From Nanobdellota archaeon (GTDB lineage: Archaea; Nanobdellota; Nanobdellia; Parvarchaeales; Parvarchaeaceae): DNA of 64,000 nt. This document shows positions 44,826 to 53,706 of this stretch, piece after piece. Positions within the stretch are counted from its first letter, which is position 1, and each line of letters begins with the position of its first letter. Location of the stretch: assembly GCA_021807125.1 (NCBI GenBank), contig JAKAPK010000001.1, positions 54,354 through 118,353 on the forward strand, in the 5' to 3' direction. The notes under the pieces are model-generated. The model was not told where the DNA came from. It saw nothing but the letters and a program-made list of their open reading frames with translations, and made no database searches. A program made the position numbers and the translations under genes.

Positions 44826-45524
44826 CTATCTTTTACCAGTTCTCCTAGGCGCTATGCTACCAACCTTTGCGCCTGGCGAGGCCATTCTAGCCGAACTCTT
44901 CGCTTTGTGCTGTGTACTTCTTCTTTTTCCGCCGAACTTGTGTTCATATGCATTCATAGCAACGGTTGCATTCATAGGCCAATATCTTCCTCTGGCTCTT
45001 ATCAAGTGATGCTTGTTTCCTGCTTTATAAAAGGGTTTCTCTATCCTTCCGCCGTTTGCTATCTTTCCTATCACCGCTCTGCATTCTGGATTTACGTTCA
45101 ATATTGAAGAACTAGGGAGGGCAACCGCAACGCGATCTTCACTCCTTTCCATTACCTGCGCACTCAAGCCTCCTGCTCGGACAAGTTTACCGCCGTCATT
45201 TGGCTTTAGTTCTATATTGTATACGGATGTCCCAAGAGGCACATCTTTTAACTTCGTTATCGCGCCATCGGAAAAATCATCCTTTAAGTATGTTACCATC
45301 TTGCCTACATAAGCTCCGTTGAATGCAGGCAGCAAGCATGTAGACCCATTTTCAAATTTTATTTCCATCATAGGAGCGGTCCTATATACATCTTTGACTA
45401 GTCTTATTATTCTGCCGTTCATAGGCTCATTGTTCTTTATTATACTGACCCTAGCGACGGCCCTAAACCAGTTTACCTGAAATATCCTGCTCTTTCCTCT
45501 TCTTCTCGATCGGGGTACTTTCAT
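44826..45524 (-). CDS. rpl2: Ribosomal protein L2 (uL2)
   Basis: 232 aa. GKLVRAGGLSAQV, GGRIEKPFYKAGNKHH, MNAYEHKFGGK (a diverged form of the MNAVDHPFGGG motif). Confidence 0.9.
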   Translation of the reverse strand: MKVPRSRRRGKSRIFQVNWFRAVARVSIIKNNEPMNGRIIRLVKDVYRTAPMMEIKFENGSTCLLPAFNGAYVGKMVTYLKDDFSDGAITKLKDVPLGTSVYNIELKPNDGGKLVRAGGLSAQVMERSEDRVAVALPSSSILNVNPECRAVIGKIANGGRIEKPFYKAGNKHHLIRARGRYWPMNATVAMNAYEHKFGGKRRSTQHKAKSSARMASPGAKVGSIAPRRTGKR

Positions 45525-45593
45525 AATAGATTTATTTTAAGCTATTTAATTATTTAAATGCGTTTTTGTCATATTTAAGCGTTATCGACCAAC

Positions 45594-46298
45594 ATGGACA
45601 TAGAAGATTCAAGAATACGATTTGCAAACGGACGACCGATCGGATATATCGACGAATATGCTATAATATCCGATATACACTTCGGTTTTGAGAATTCTTT
45701 GAAGGAAAGCGGTTACGACATAAAAGACATGACAAACAGCATAATAGAGTCGGTGAAATCGATTAACAAAAGAAAATTAATAGTTCTCGGAGACGTAAGA
45801 GACAGATTCGGCGAAATAAAGCCAGATGAAGGAGGAGCACTTCTCAGGGCGTTTTCGATGCTGGCTGACAACTTTGAAGAGATCATAATAACTCAGGGCA
45901 ATCACGATGCCGGTCTTTATAAATTGATAAATAAGTTTGATAATATCCGTTTGATAGACGAATTCATAGTCGGAAAGGTAGGTTTTCTGCACGGCCATAA
46001 ATTCCCCTCCGTTTCGTTATCCTCAGCGGTAGATACTCTATGCTCAGGACACATGCACCCCTCTGTAGTTGTCGAGGACAGCAATGGCGTACACTACAAA
46101 AAAGATTGCTGGCTTTTGTGTGATTTTGCGCTTCCAAAAAAAAGGTATGAGAATTCAACGATAAAATACCTGGTTATAGCGCCGAAATTTAATCCGTACA
46201 TAGGGAGCACGGATAAATTAAGGAAGACCGGCCTACTGAGATATGTTAAGAGAGTAAGTAAGGTTACTACTGATTTACTTTTTTTATTTGAGACTTAG
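45594..46298 (+). CDS. Calcineurin-like metallophosphoesterase
   Basis: 234 aa. IISDIHFG, VLGDVRD, QGNHDAG, LHGHKF, SGHMHPS. Confidence 0.75.
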   Translation: MDIEDSRIRFANGRPIGYIDEYAIISDIHFGFENSLKESGYDIKDMTNSIIESVKSINKRKLIVLGDVRDRFGEIKPDEGGALLRAFSMLADNFEEIIITQGNHDAGLYKLINKFDNIRLIDEFIVGKVGFLHGHKFPSVSLSSAVDTLCSGHMHPSVVVEDSNGVHYKKDCWLLCDFALPKKRYENSTIKYLVIAPKFNPYIGSTDKLRKTGLLRYVKRVSKVTTDLLFLFET

Positions 46299-47279
46299 AC
46301 CCATTTTCTTTATTTCTTTCAACAGGTCGTCTTCGTTTTTGAACATGTTGTCAACGAAATAAGGCGTGAACGGGCTGTATTTCTCGAATGGGAAGTACAA
46401 CAGTACCTTCTTTCCCGTAGTGTGCGCGTGCATTCTTTCGCTGTCGACTCCGCTTGAGTATACTAAATCAGAAAGGTGTATGACCACTGCGTCAGATTGG
46501 TCTATCAATCTGTAATCCCGGCGTACTGTCTGATTAAACACCAGAGTCCTCATTCTTTCATCGGCTTCTGCCTGCTTGTAAACACCGATGTCTATGCTTT
46601 TTGGATCAAAGACTATAGCGTATTTCCTTAACTTGTTAAGGAAAGAGTCCAGTTTTTCATAATTCTCCTTCCTGTGCTCCATAGCGAAGCTGGCATATAT
46701 TTTTATCTTTTTTCTGTTGTATATCAAATCATAAAAAGTCCTGGGATCCTCATCTGCACCCATTATGTAATTTTTTATGTTAAGTGCATGTCCTATTAAA
46801 TCAGCAGTGTATATCTCCACTTCCGACCATATAGCTATCTCGTATACATCAACCGTCTTGTCCATCCACTCTTTCTTTCGTTGCAAATCATTGAAGACGC
46901 TGTTAGGCGAAGTAGTTATCGTGACTATAAAATCAGGAGTAAACTTTTTGAAGTCATTAACGTTTATAAGACTCAGCGGACCGTTTTTCCACCAAAATGT
47001 CATGTGTCCGTCTATAAGATAATCTGTATCGGGGTTTTCTTTTATCTCATCCTCAATCGCATGAAATGCGCTTATCTTCAGCAGTTCCAGAGTCTTTATG
47101 TCCAGATTTGGAAGAGTAGACGAGTTTATGTATTTCTCGAAATTTCTTGCGCTTTTCAGCATTTCTTCTATGAAGTTTATTATTTTAAGTTTTTTACCGC
47201 TTCTTTCGGATAACTTAACAACTTCGCTTTCAAGCTTTTGTCTGTTTGAGCCCGCTGTAGCAGCGCTAAATATTATCAT
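46284..47279 (-). CDS. Fusion-like protein: degenerate archaeal adenylate-kinase (AdkA)-like N-terminal half plus nucleoside 2-deoxyribosyltransferase-like C-terminal half
   Basis: 331 aa. The N-terminal half tracks AdkA (LKIINFIEEML.SAR, YLIDGHMTF, PDFIVTITTSP) but the P-loop is replaced by SAATAGSNR. The C-terminal half has IKIYASFAM ... DQSDAVVIHL....SSGVDSERMHAHTTGKKVLLY, as in NDT-fold proteins. Confidence 0.45.
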   Translation of the reverse strand: MIIFSAATAGSNRQKLESEVVKLSERSGKKLKIINFIEEMLKSARNFEKYINSSTLPNLDIKTLELLKISAFHAIEDEIKENPDTDYLIDGHMTFWWKNGPLSLINVNDFKKFTPDFIVTITTSPNSVFNDLQRKKEWMDKTVDVYEIAIWSEVEIYTADLIGHALNIKNYIMGADEDPRTFYDLIYNRKKIKIYASFAMEHRKENYEKLDSFLNKLRKYAIVFDPKSIDIGVYKQAEADERMRTLVFNQTVRRDYRLIDQSDAVVIHLSDLVYSSGVDSERMHAHTTGKKVLLYFPFEKYSPFTPYFVDNMFKNEDDLLKEIKKMGLSLK

Positions 47280-47319
47280 ACTATTTAGTAGTGTCTCACG
47301 TTGATATTATGATTCTCCC

Positions 47320-47329
47320 TATTTAAATA
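47320..47329 (-). promoter_or_regulatory. Putative TATA box (palindromic TATTTAAATA) for the gene starting at 47279
   Basis: Lies ~41-50 nt upstream of the minus-strand start. An identical 10-mer is at 47456. Confidence 0.35.
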
Positions 47330-47455
47330 ACTGAAGTTCGACCGCAATCTTTAGAACGTGAGGATAATACAATAAATCATCGCATTTAGCGCCATAGAAA
47401 CCATATACAGTATGCGATTTTAGTTTAGTCAACAAATTTTATCATTAACAACCAT

Positions 47456-47465
47456 TATTTAAATA
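47456..47465 (+). promoter_or_regulatory. Putative TATA box (palindromic TATTTAAATA) for the SPFH gene
   Basis: Lies ~17-32 nt upstream of the TTG 47482 / ATG 47488 starts. This spacing suggests a leaderless or short-leader mRNA. Confidence 0.35.
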
Positions 47466-47481
47466 GCTTGGCATCATATAA

Positions 47482-48423
47482 TTGAATATGAGTCCGGCGG
47501 AATTGTGGGCCTTGCTTTTTGGAGTGGTCCTTATAGTTATATTGTTTGTAGTCGGGATGTTCATACCCGTCGTATTCTACGCATTTTTAGTCATAATGTT
47601 GATAATCGCTTTCATAATATTCTTTGTAACGATGGTTAAAAAGTACACGCAATTCGAGAGAGGAGTTATATTCAGGATGGGCAAATTCAACAGAATAGCA
47701 GGGCCGGGCTGGGCGATTGTTTTGCCATTTTTCGAACAAGAATACCAGCGGGTCGATGTGCGGGTCAAGATGATGGATGTCAGTTCTGACGAAATATTCA
47801 CCCAGGATGATCTTAGACTTTCAGTTGAAGGTACAATATACTACCAAATAACGGACCCGGAAAAAGCCACTTTGCAGATAGACAATTACGGGCAGGGATT
47901 ATCTACTTTAGTTTTATCAGCGGTAAGGAACGCGGTTGCTGGTCTTACTATGAGACAGGTATTTGGAAGCCTGGACAGGATTAATGATATTCTGGCAGAC
48001 GCAATAAGACACATGACTTGGAAATGGGGAATAGATGTACCTACGGTACAGATAAGATCGATAGCACCTCCTCAAGAAGTCATACAGGCTATGCAGCAGC
48101 CGGAGATAGCAGCTAACCTTCTTCAAGCACAGAGATTCAAGGCGGATGCGCAAAAGATAGTAATGGAAGCGATAGGAGAAGGAGGAAAATCATTGGACGA
48201 CAAATCAGTCATGTATCTGTACTTGCAGGCGCTTAAACAGATAGGTGATTCAAGTTCATCTAAAGTTGTTTTACCGATGCAGTTTATGCAAGGAATGGGT
48301 GGAATGGCAGGTATGGCAGGATTGTCCGCTGCGACCATGTCGTCTCTCGGTGGGCAGCAGAATGTGCAGAACGTAATCGATTCTATAAAACAGAAGATAG
48401 TACAAGCAGGTCAGCAAACGTAA
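47482..48423 (+). CDS. SPFH/band-7 (stomatin/prohibitin-like) membrane protein
   Basis: 313 aa. N-terminal TM helices, then YTQFERGVIFRMGKFNRIAGPGWAIVLPF and the SPFH core. Gly/Met-rich tail GMGGMAGMAG. Confidence 0.85.
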   Translation: MNMSPAELWALLFGVVLIVILFVVGMFIPVVFYAFLVIMLIIAFIIFFVTMVKKYTQFERGVIFRMGKFNRIAGPGWAIVLPFFEQEYQRVDVRVKMMDVSSDEIFTQDDLRLSVEGTIYYQITDPEKATLQIDNYGQGLSTLVLSAVRNAVAGLTMRQVFGSLDRINDILADAIRHMTWKWGIDVPTVQIRSIAPPQEVIQAMQQPEIAANLLQAQRFKADAQKIVMEAIGEGGKSLDDKSVMYLYLQALKQIGDSSSSKVVLPMQFMQGMGGMAGMAGLSAATMSSLGGQQNVQNVIDSIKQKIVQAGQQT

Positions 48424-49155
48424 TTATTCTTTAAGCCCGATTATTGCTATAAGCTCTTTTAGATCTGCTATGGTATAATCTGGAGCCAGATCACCAACCC
48501 AATCAGGATATTTACGATAAGCAGTAAACAGAACTGCTTTCATTCCTGCAGTCTTTGAATTAAATATGTCTATATCAGGTCTGTCTCCCACGAATAGTGT
48601 CTCGTTTGGCGGTACACCGAGCATTTCGGCAGTCTTTGTGAATGCGCTAACTTTAGTCTTATCTTCTGGTATGGTTTCCCTCGCGATGACTATAACATCA
48701 AACAGATGCATAACCGGGAGCCTTTCAAGCCTTTTTTTCTTTATTCCAGGATATAGCGCGGGACCGGTTAAGATACCAAGTTTTATTCCGGCATCGCTGA
48801 GCCTTTTTATGACTTCTTCCAGATGTATAGAGAGCTCTGTGTCGTTTATTAAACTGTTCTCAAAAAGATCAAAGTATTCCTCTATTTCCCCTCTCGAAAA
48901 GTTAAGACCTGTCTTTTTTGACAGTGTTTCATAAAAGAAGTATTTGTTTTCGTAGTTGTGTTGTTTTTTAACCAGCTTGTCGTATTCCATAGAGGTAATT
49001 TTCACAGCCTCTTCATACGCTCTTTCGTCTATCTTGTGCAGTTTACTCATCCGCGAAAATACGACTTTCCTCGCGCGTTCTATCGCTGCTATAGTGTTAA
49101 CGAGGGTGTCATCGAAATCGAATATAACTGCACGTATCGGTTTTTCACTGACCAT
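48424..49155 (-). CDS. HAD-superfamily hydrolase
   Basis: 243 aa. Motif I VIFDFDDTLV. Motif IV FVGDRPDIDI. Confidence 0.8.
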   Translation of the reverse strand: MVSEKPIRAVIFDFDDTLVNTIAAIERARKVVFSRMSKLHKIDERAYEEAVKITSMEYDKLVKKQHNYENKYFFYETLSKKTGLNFSRGEIEEYFDLFENSLINDTELSIHLEEVIKRLSDAGIKLGILTGPALYPGIKKKRLERLPVMHLFDVIVIARETIPEDKTKVSAFTKTAEMLGVPPNETLFVGDRPDIDIFNSKTAGMKAVLFTAYRKYPDWVGDLAPDYTIADLKELIAIIGLKE

Positions 49156-49165
49156 ATCAACTAAG

Positions 49166-49236
49166 AGCCTCTAGTGGGAGTTGAACCCACATCGCCTGAT
49201 TACAAGTCAGGCGCTCTACCGCTGAGCTATAGAGGC
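49166..49236 (-). tRNA. tRNA-Thr (anticodon TGT)
   Basis: Hand-folded. Acceptor GCCTCTA/TAGAGGC plus T. D arm GCTC-AGCGGTA-GAGC. Anticodon arm CCTGA-CTTGTAA-TCAGG. T arm GTGGG-TTCAACT-CCCAC. 71 nt. Confidence 0.85.
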
Positions 49237-49276
49237 ATAAATAATCTGATTTATATCTTGTCTATTATTAAAATCT

Positions 49277-50026
49277 ATGGAGCAGCCAAAGTTCGTTGAC
49301 GTCCATGCTCATTTGAGTGACGCTGCATTCGACATTGACAGGGAGAGTTTGTTAAAAAAACTTGAAGGATACATAATACTCAATGCAGGGGAAGAAATAG
49401 AAGAGAATGAAAGGATACTGAACGAAGGTGCAAGACACAGTAATCTTCTTCCTTGTATAGGACTACACCCAAATAAATTATCACACTATGACGATGCCGA
49501 TACAGACAAAGCACTTGCGTATCTTGATGAGAAAATACCTGCGGCGTTCGCAGTGTCGGAAATAGGCCTCGATTATAAACTAAAGGATGAGAAACAGATG
49601 CTTATTCAGCGGAAAGTGTTTTCAAAAATACTGGAAACCGCTGAAAAAAATAATAAAGTCTGTATAGTGCACAGCAGGAAATCTATGGATGATACTCTGG
49701 ATATTCTAGGCAATTTTAGCGTGAAAGCCGTACTACACAACTTCGAGGGGAACCTGGCACAGCTTAAGAAGGCGCTCGACATGGGCATAAATCCAAGTAT
49801 TTCAACAGGTTTCATCAGATTCAAAAAAGATAACGTGATAAGAGCCATGAAAAATGATGAGTTTTTTGTCGAAACGGATTCGCCGGTTCTTTCGCCAGAC
49901 CAGAACAGGAATACACCTATGAACATACCGCTTATTTTGGAGTATATCTCCAGTATAATCGGAACAAAACCAATCGAACTTAAGAATAGTATTTATCTAT
50001 CTTTTTGCAAGATGTTCTATGGATAA
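49277..50026 (+). CDS. TatD-family metal-dependent hydrolase
   Basis: 249 aa. FVDVHAHLSD, EIGLDY, VHSR, ETDSP. Confidence 0.8.
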   Translation: MEQPKFVDVHAHLSDAAFDIDRESLLKKLEGYIILNAGEEIEENERILNEGARHSNLLPCIGLHPNKLSHYDDADTDKALAYLDEKIPAAFAVSEIGLDYKLKDEKQMLIQRKVFSKILETAEKNNKVCIVHSRKSMDDTLDILGNFSVKAVLHNFEGNLAQLKKALDMGINPSISTGFIRFKKDNVIRAMKNDEFFVETDSPVLSPDQNRNTPMNIPLILEYISSIIGTKPIELKNSIYLSFCKMFYG

Positions 50027-50936
50027 CGTGATGCTACTAGGGACTTCTTCCGCATTTCCTACAAAGGAAAGGAACCACCCCGCGCTTTATATGTCGCTTG
50101 ACGGCAAACGCGTGCTTTTTGACTGCGGGGAAGGCACACAAAGGCAGATACGTGTAGCAGGTTTAAGCCCGTCCATAGATTATATGTTCCTAACACACTG
50201 GCATGGAGATCATTCCTTGGGAGTGGGTGGTATAATACAAAGCCTTAATATGATGAGAAGGAAAGAGCCACTCTATATATATGGACCACAAGGCACTGGC
50301 TCCAGTGTAAATCATATACTAGCTACATATCGATTTCATTCTGAGATACAGATAAAAGCAAAATCATTAGATCTAAAAAAAGAGACCTTTATAACGAAAA
50401 TAGGGCGATTCAGCGTATACGGCATAAACGTGATGCATACTACAAAGTGCATCGGCTATAAAATCAAGGAAGACGACCAGCTGAACATAAAACATGAATT
50501 TCTTAAGAAAAACAAGATAAAATCGGGCGTGTTCCTTCAAGCCCTTAAGAAAGGCAAGGATATAGTTTATGAGGGGAAGAAGTTCCTTGCTAAAGAAGCA
50601 ACTTATCTAAAGTGCGGAAAATCTTTGGTTTACCTTACAGATCTGGGTTATGATAAGAACCTTTATAGATTCGCACGCGGTGCAGATGTTCTCGTAATAG
50701 AATCTACGTGGTCCTCAGAGTTCGAAAACCAGGCCAAGGAATTTGGGCACCTTACTGCCAGACAGGCATTGGAAGTAGCGAAGTATGCAGATGTGGGAAA
50801 AGTCTATCTTACTCATTTTAGCCAGAGATATGAAGATATGTCAGTGTTTAAGGAAGAACTATCGGACATAGTAAAAAAGTTAAAACTAAAGCCGAAAGTA
50901 TTTGTATCAAACGACTTTGAGAGGATAAATTTTTGA
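50019..50936 (+). CDS. rnz: Ribonuclease Z (tRNA 3' processing, metallo-beta-lactamase fold)
   Basis: 305 aa. LLGTSSAFPT..RN, FDCGEGTQRQ, THWHGDH, THFSQRY. Confidence 0.85.
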   Translation: MDNVMLLGTSSAFPTKERNHPALYMSLDGKRVLFDCGEGTQRQIRVAGLSPSIDYMFLTHWHGDHSLGVGGIIQSLNMMRRKEPLYIYGPQGTGSSVNHILATYRFHSEIQIKAKSLDLKKETFITKIGRFSVYGINVMHTTKCIGYKIKEDDQLNIKHEFLKKNKIKSGVFLQALKKGKDIVYEGKKFLAKEATYLKCGKSLVYLTDLGYDKNLYRFARGADVLVIESTWSSEFENQAKEFGHLTARQALEVAKYADVGKVYLTHFSQRYEDMSVFKEELSDIVKKLKLKPKVFVSNDFERINF

Positions 50937-51023
50937 AGTTTTTGCCGTTGAATAGGCTAAGATTAAATATTTAAATTAAAGAATCATAATCTTATAAATA
51001 ATGGTTTTAAAATCGATTTTTAT

Positions 51024-52052
51024 ATGAATTCGCTTTCGGTAGCAGTAATAGGGCCGTATCATTCAGGCAAAACAACGCTTGTGAACAAGCTGCAACAGAA
51101 ATTAGGAGCCGAAGGCGATGTGTCTTTTTTCTCTTTTAAATACGGCGGGAAGAACATTACACTTATGGACACGCCAGGAGATACCGACAGCCCGGTATTA
51201 ATGGCATCTGTGCTAAGCGTAGCGGACGCGATGATATTCTGCATATCACCGGATGTAGGGATAACGTTCCAGGTAGGCGAAATAGTCGTGCTTGCGGATA
51301 CGCTTAAACTCGGTAAAGGCATAGTGTGTATAACAAAGACGGATATGTCGACCACGCAGGAGATAGACGCGCTAAAAGCTAAGTTGAAAGCGCTTTTGAA
51401 ATCAACAAGCATGGAGTCTATGGAGCTCTTTGAGATGAATATATACGATGATCAAAAGATAGCTGACATGCGGGCAAAATTGTCGAATTTACCATACGAA
51501 TCAGAAATGATAACTCGTCCATTCAAGTTTGCCGTGGATCACGCATTCGAATCAAAAGGAATGTCGGTAGCCATAGGCACTGTTATATCCGGCAAGATAG
51601 CTGTGCACGGCGATGCAGTGCTGACACCAGACCCGTTCACAAAAGAAGTAAACGTGAACGGTATACAGATAAATCAAGAAGACGTTCAATCAACCGAAGC
51701 CGGCGACAGGGCTGGTGTAAGCATAAAAGGCGTATGGCCCTGGGATCTCCCGCGCGGCACGGAATTGAGGCAACCCAAAACATACAAAGATGTAAAAAGC
51801 GGTAAACTTCAGATAAAGTTGTCCAAGTTATACAAGCAGGACATACAGGATGATACTAAATTGAATCTGATATGCAACTGGCAAAACTGTACGCTTACTC
51901 TAAATAATGTGAAGAAAGAAAACGACAAGATAAGCGCAGACTTTGAATCGGATAAGAACTTCGTCTTCGATAAATATGACAAAATGGTACTTGTAAACAA
52001 AGATCTGCCTATAAGAATGTTAAGGGTTGTCGGGTACCCGGAGATACTATAA
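51024..52052 (+). CDS. SelB-like/EF-Tu-like translational GTPase homologue with a degenerate G domain (aSelBL-like)
   Basis: 342 aa. G1 GPYHSGKT. G3 DTPGD, with Asp in place of the catalytic His of DxPGH. G4 TKTD. No RGITI-type switch I. An EF-Tu domain-2-like barrel (FKFAVDHAFESKGMSVAIGTVISGKI). Confidence 0.65.
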   Translation: MNSLSVAVIGPYHSGKTTLVNKLQQKLGAEGDVSFFSFKYGGKNITLMDTPGDTDSPVLMASVLSVADAMIFCISPDVGITFQVGEIVVLADTLKLGKGIVCITKTDMSTTQEIDALKAKLKALLKSTSMESMELFEMNIYDDQKIADMRAKLSNLPYESEMITRPFKFAVDHAFESKGMSVAIGTVISGKIAVHGDAVLTPDPFTKEVNVNGIQINQEDVQSTEAGDRAGVSIKGVWPWDLPRGTELRQPKTYKDVKSGKLQIKLSKLYKQDIQDDTKLNLICNWQNCTLTLNNVKKENDKISADFESDKNFVFDKYDKMVLVNKDLPIRMLRVVGYPEIL

Positions 52053-52053
52053 A

Positions 52054-52638
52054 ATGGAACGTACCCTTGCTGTAGTTAAACCTGATGGCGTAAGAAGAGG
52101 ACTGATAGGCGAAATAATAAGAAGATTTGAGAAAGCAGGTCTTAAGATAGTGGCTTTAAAGATGTTAAAACCAACAGAAGAACTCGCGGCCAATAATTAT
52201 CCCGACACGGATGAATGGTTCAAGAAAGTCGGTGAAAGGAGCAGTAAGACGTTCGCATCGATAGGTATGGACATAAAGAAAAAATTCGGTACCGATGATC
52301 CCATATTGATAGGAAAGACAATAAAGGGATGGTTAGTCAGATTCTTGTCTTCCGGTAATGTAGTAGCCATGGTATTGGAGGGTAATCGTGCAGCAGACAA
52401 TGTTAGAAGACTTGTGGGGGAAACAGACCCTCTGATGGCACAGGCAGGTACTATAAGAGGAGATCTCTCTATAGATAACGTCGTATTAGGCAATTCATCT
52501 AACAGACCGATGGTTAACGTAGTCCATGCGTCTGGAAACGCCGAAGAGGCGAAACAGGAAATAAAGACATGGTTTAATGATTCTGAGATACTAGAGTATA
52601 ACCGAGCAAACGAAGACGAATTTTATAGGGCGTGGTGA
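52054..52638 (+). CDS. ndk: Nucleoside diphosphate kinase, long form (copy 1)
   Basis: MERTLAVVKPDGVRRGLIGEIIRRFEKAGLKIVALKML, GTIRGD, NVVHAS (catalytic His). A ~40-aa insertion lies after the alpha-A region. The ATG is 2 nt after the GTPase stop. Confidence 0.85.
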   Translation: MERTLAVVKPDGVRRGLIGEIIRRFEKAGLKIVALKMLKPTEELAANNYPDTDEWFKKVGERSSKTFASIGMDIKKKFGTDDPILIGKTIKGWLVRFLSSGNVVAMVLEGNRAADNVRRLVGETDPLMAQAGTIRGDLSIDNVVLGNSSNRPMVNVVHASGNAEEAKQEIKTWFNDSEILEYNRANEDEFYRAW

Positions 52639-52640
52639 GG

Positions 52641-53153
52641 ATGGCAAAAGTGTTCATATTGATTAAACCAGACGGCGTAAAGCGCGGGCTAGTGGGCGAA
52701 TGCGTTAACAGGTTCGAAAACGCCGGGCTAAAAGTAGTTGCGATGAGAATGCTAAAATTGAGCGAAGCAATGGCCGATAAGCTTTATCCAAGCGACAAAC
52801 AGTGGTTAGAGAATCTTGGCATGAAAGCAAAGGAATCAATGAATAAAATCGGTAAGGACATAAAGGACGATAACGTTTCCCACGGTAAAAAGGTAAGACA
52901 ATGGCTTATGGACTACGTTCTGTCTAGCCCGGTTGTAGCAATGGTTCTAGACGGGAACGACGCCATGACGGTTGCGAGGAAACTAGTCGGTCCTACAGAT
53001 GGTGCCGCAGCATCCGCAGGAACAATACGTGGTGATTTCTCATCAGATTCTATAGTAACTGCTACATCCGATGGCAGGGCAAACATGAACGTTCTTCACG
53101 TGTCTTCTGACGAAAAGGAAACAGAAAACCAGACAAAAATATTTTTTGATTGA
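52641..53153 (+). CDS. ndk: Nucleoside diphosphate kinase, long form (copy 2)
   Basis: MAKVFILIKPDGVKRGLVGECVNRFENAGLKVVAMRML, GTIRGD, NVLHVS. The insertion is at the same position as in copy 1. SD-like GGTGAGG overlaps the copy 1 stop. Confidence 0.8.
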   Translation: MAKVFILIKPDGVKRGLVGECVNRFENAGLKVVAMRMLKLSEAMADKLYPSDKQWLENLGMKAKESMNKIGKDIKDDNVSHGKKVRQWLMDYVLSSPVVAMVLDGNDAMTVARKLVGPTDGAAASAGTIRGDFSSDSIVTATSDGRANMNVLHVSSDEKETENQTKIFFD

Positions 53154-53157
53154 AAGC

Positions 53158-53661
53158 TTAATTTGATGGCTCCCAATTAACTGCACATGCACCACCGCTT
53201 TGCAGCGCCCTCAAAACTCTGTAAATCTCTTTCGTGCTCCTGCCGACTTTGTTGTTAGATGCACAAGAATAGGCTATAAGCCCGTTGTTGTCTATTATGA
53301 ACGTGGCCCTTCTTGCCTTTTTTTCGTTTTTATCAAATACTCCATACATCGACGACACAACGCCATCATCATCTGCTATCAACGGAAACTTTATCGGTGT
53401 TTTGCTTTCTTTGACGAACTTTTCGTGAGTATGAACATCATCCGTGCTTATTCCGATAACCGCTGCGCCGCTTGCAGTGAACTTATCCAATTCCTGACTA
53501 AATGCCAATATCTCAGTCGGACACACCTTGGACAGATCAGCAACATAGAACAACATAACTTTCCATTTATTTTCCAGATCGCTCAATCCGAAGTCGCCCG
53601 CAGCTCCGTTGTTATAAGCCTTTGCGAAAAATCCCGGTGCACTTTCACCTACGTCAAGCAT
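53158..53661 (-). CDS. Peroxiredoxin (AhpC/TSA family)
   Basis: Starts at the internal MLDVGESAPGF. Peroxidatic FYVADLSKVCPTE. C-terminal GGACAVNW. The 5' extension of the ORF to 53940 has no similarity and overlaps infB. Confidence 0.85.
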   Translation of the reverse strand: MLDVGESAPGFFAKAYNNGAAGDFGLSDLENKWKVMLFYVADLSKVCPTEILAFSQELDKFTASGAAVIGISTDDVHTHEKFVKESKTPIKFPLIADDDGVVSSMYGVFDKNEKKARRATFIIDNNGLIAYSCASNNKVGRSTKEIYRVLRALQSGGACAVNWEPSN

Positions 53662-53706
53662 ATTAACTCGAAGCACATTTATAATAAATAAATTTACTAG
53701 CATGAT

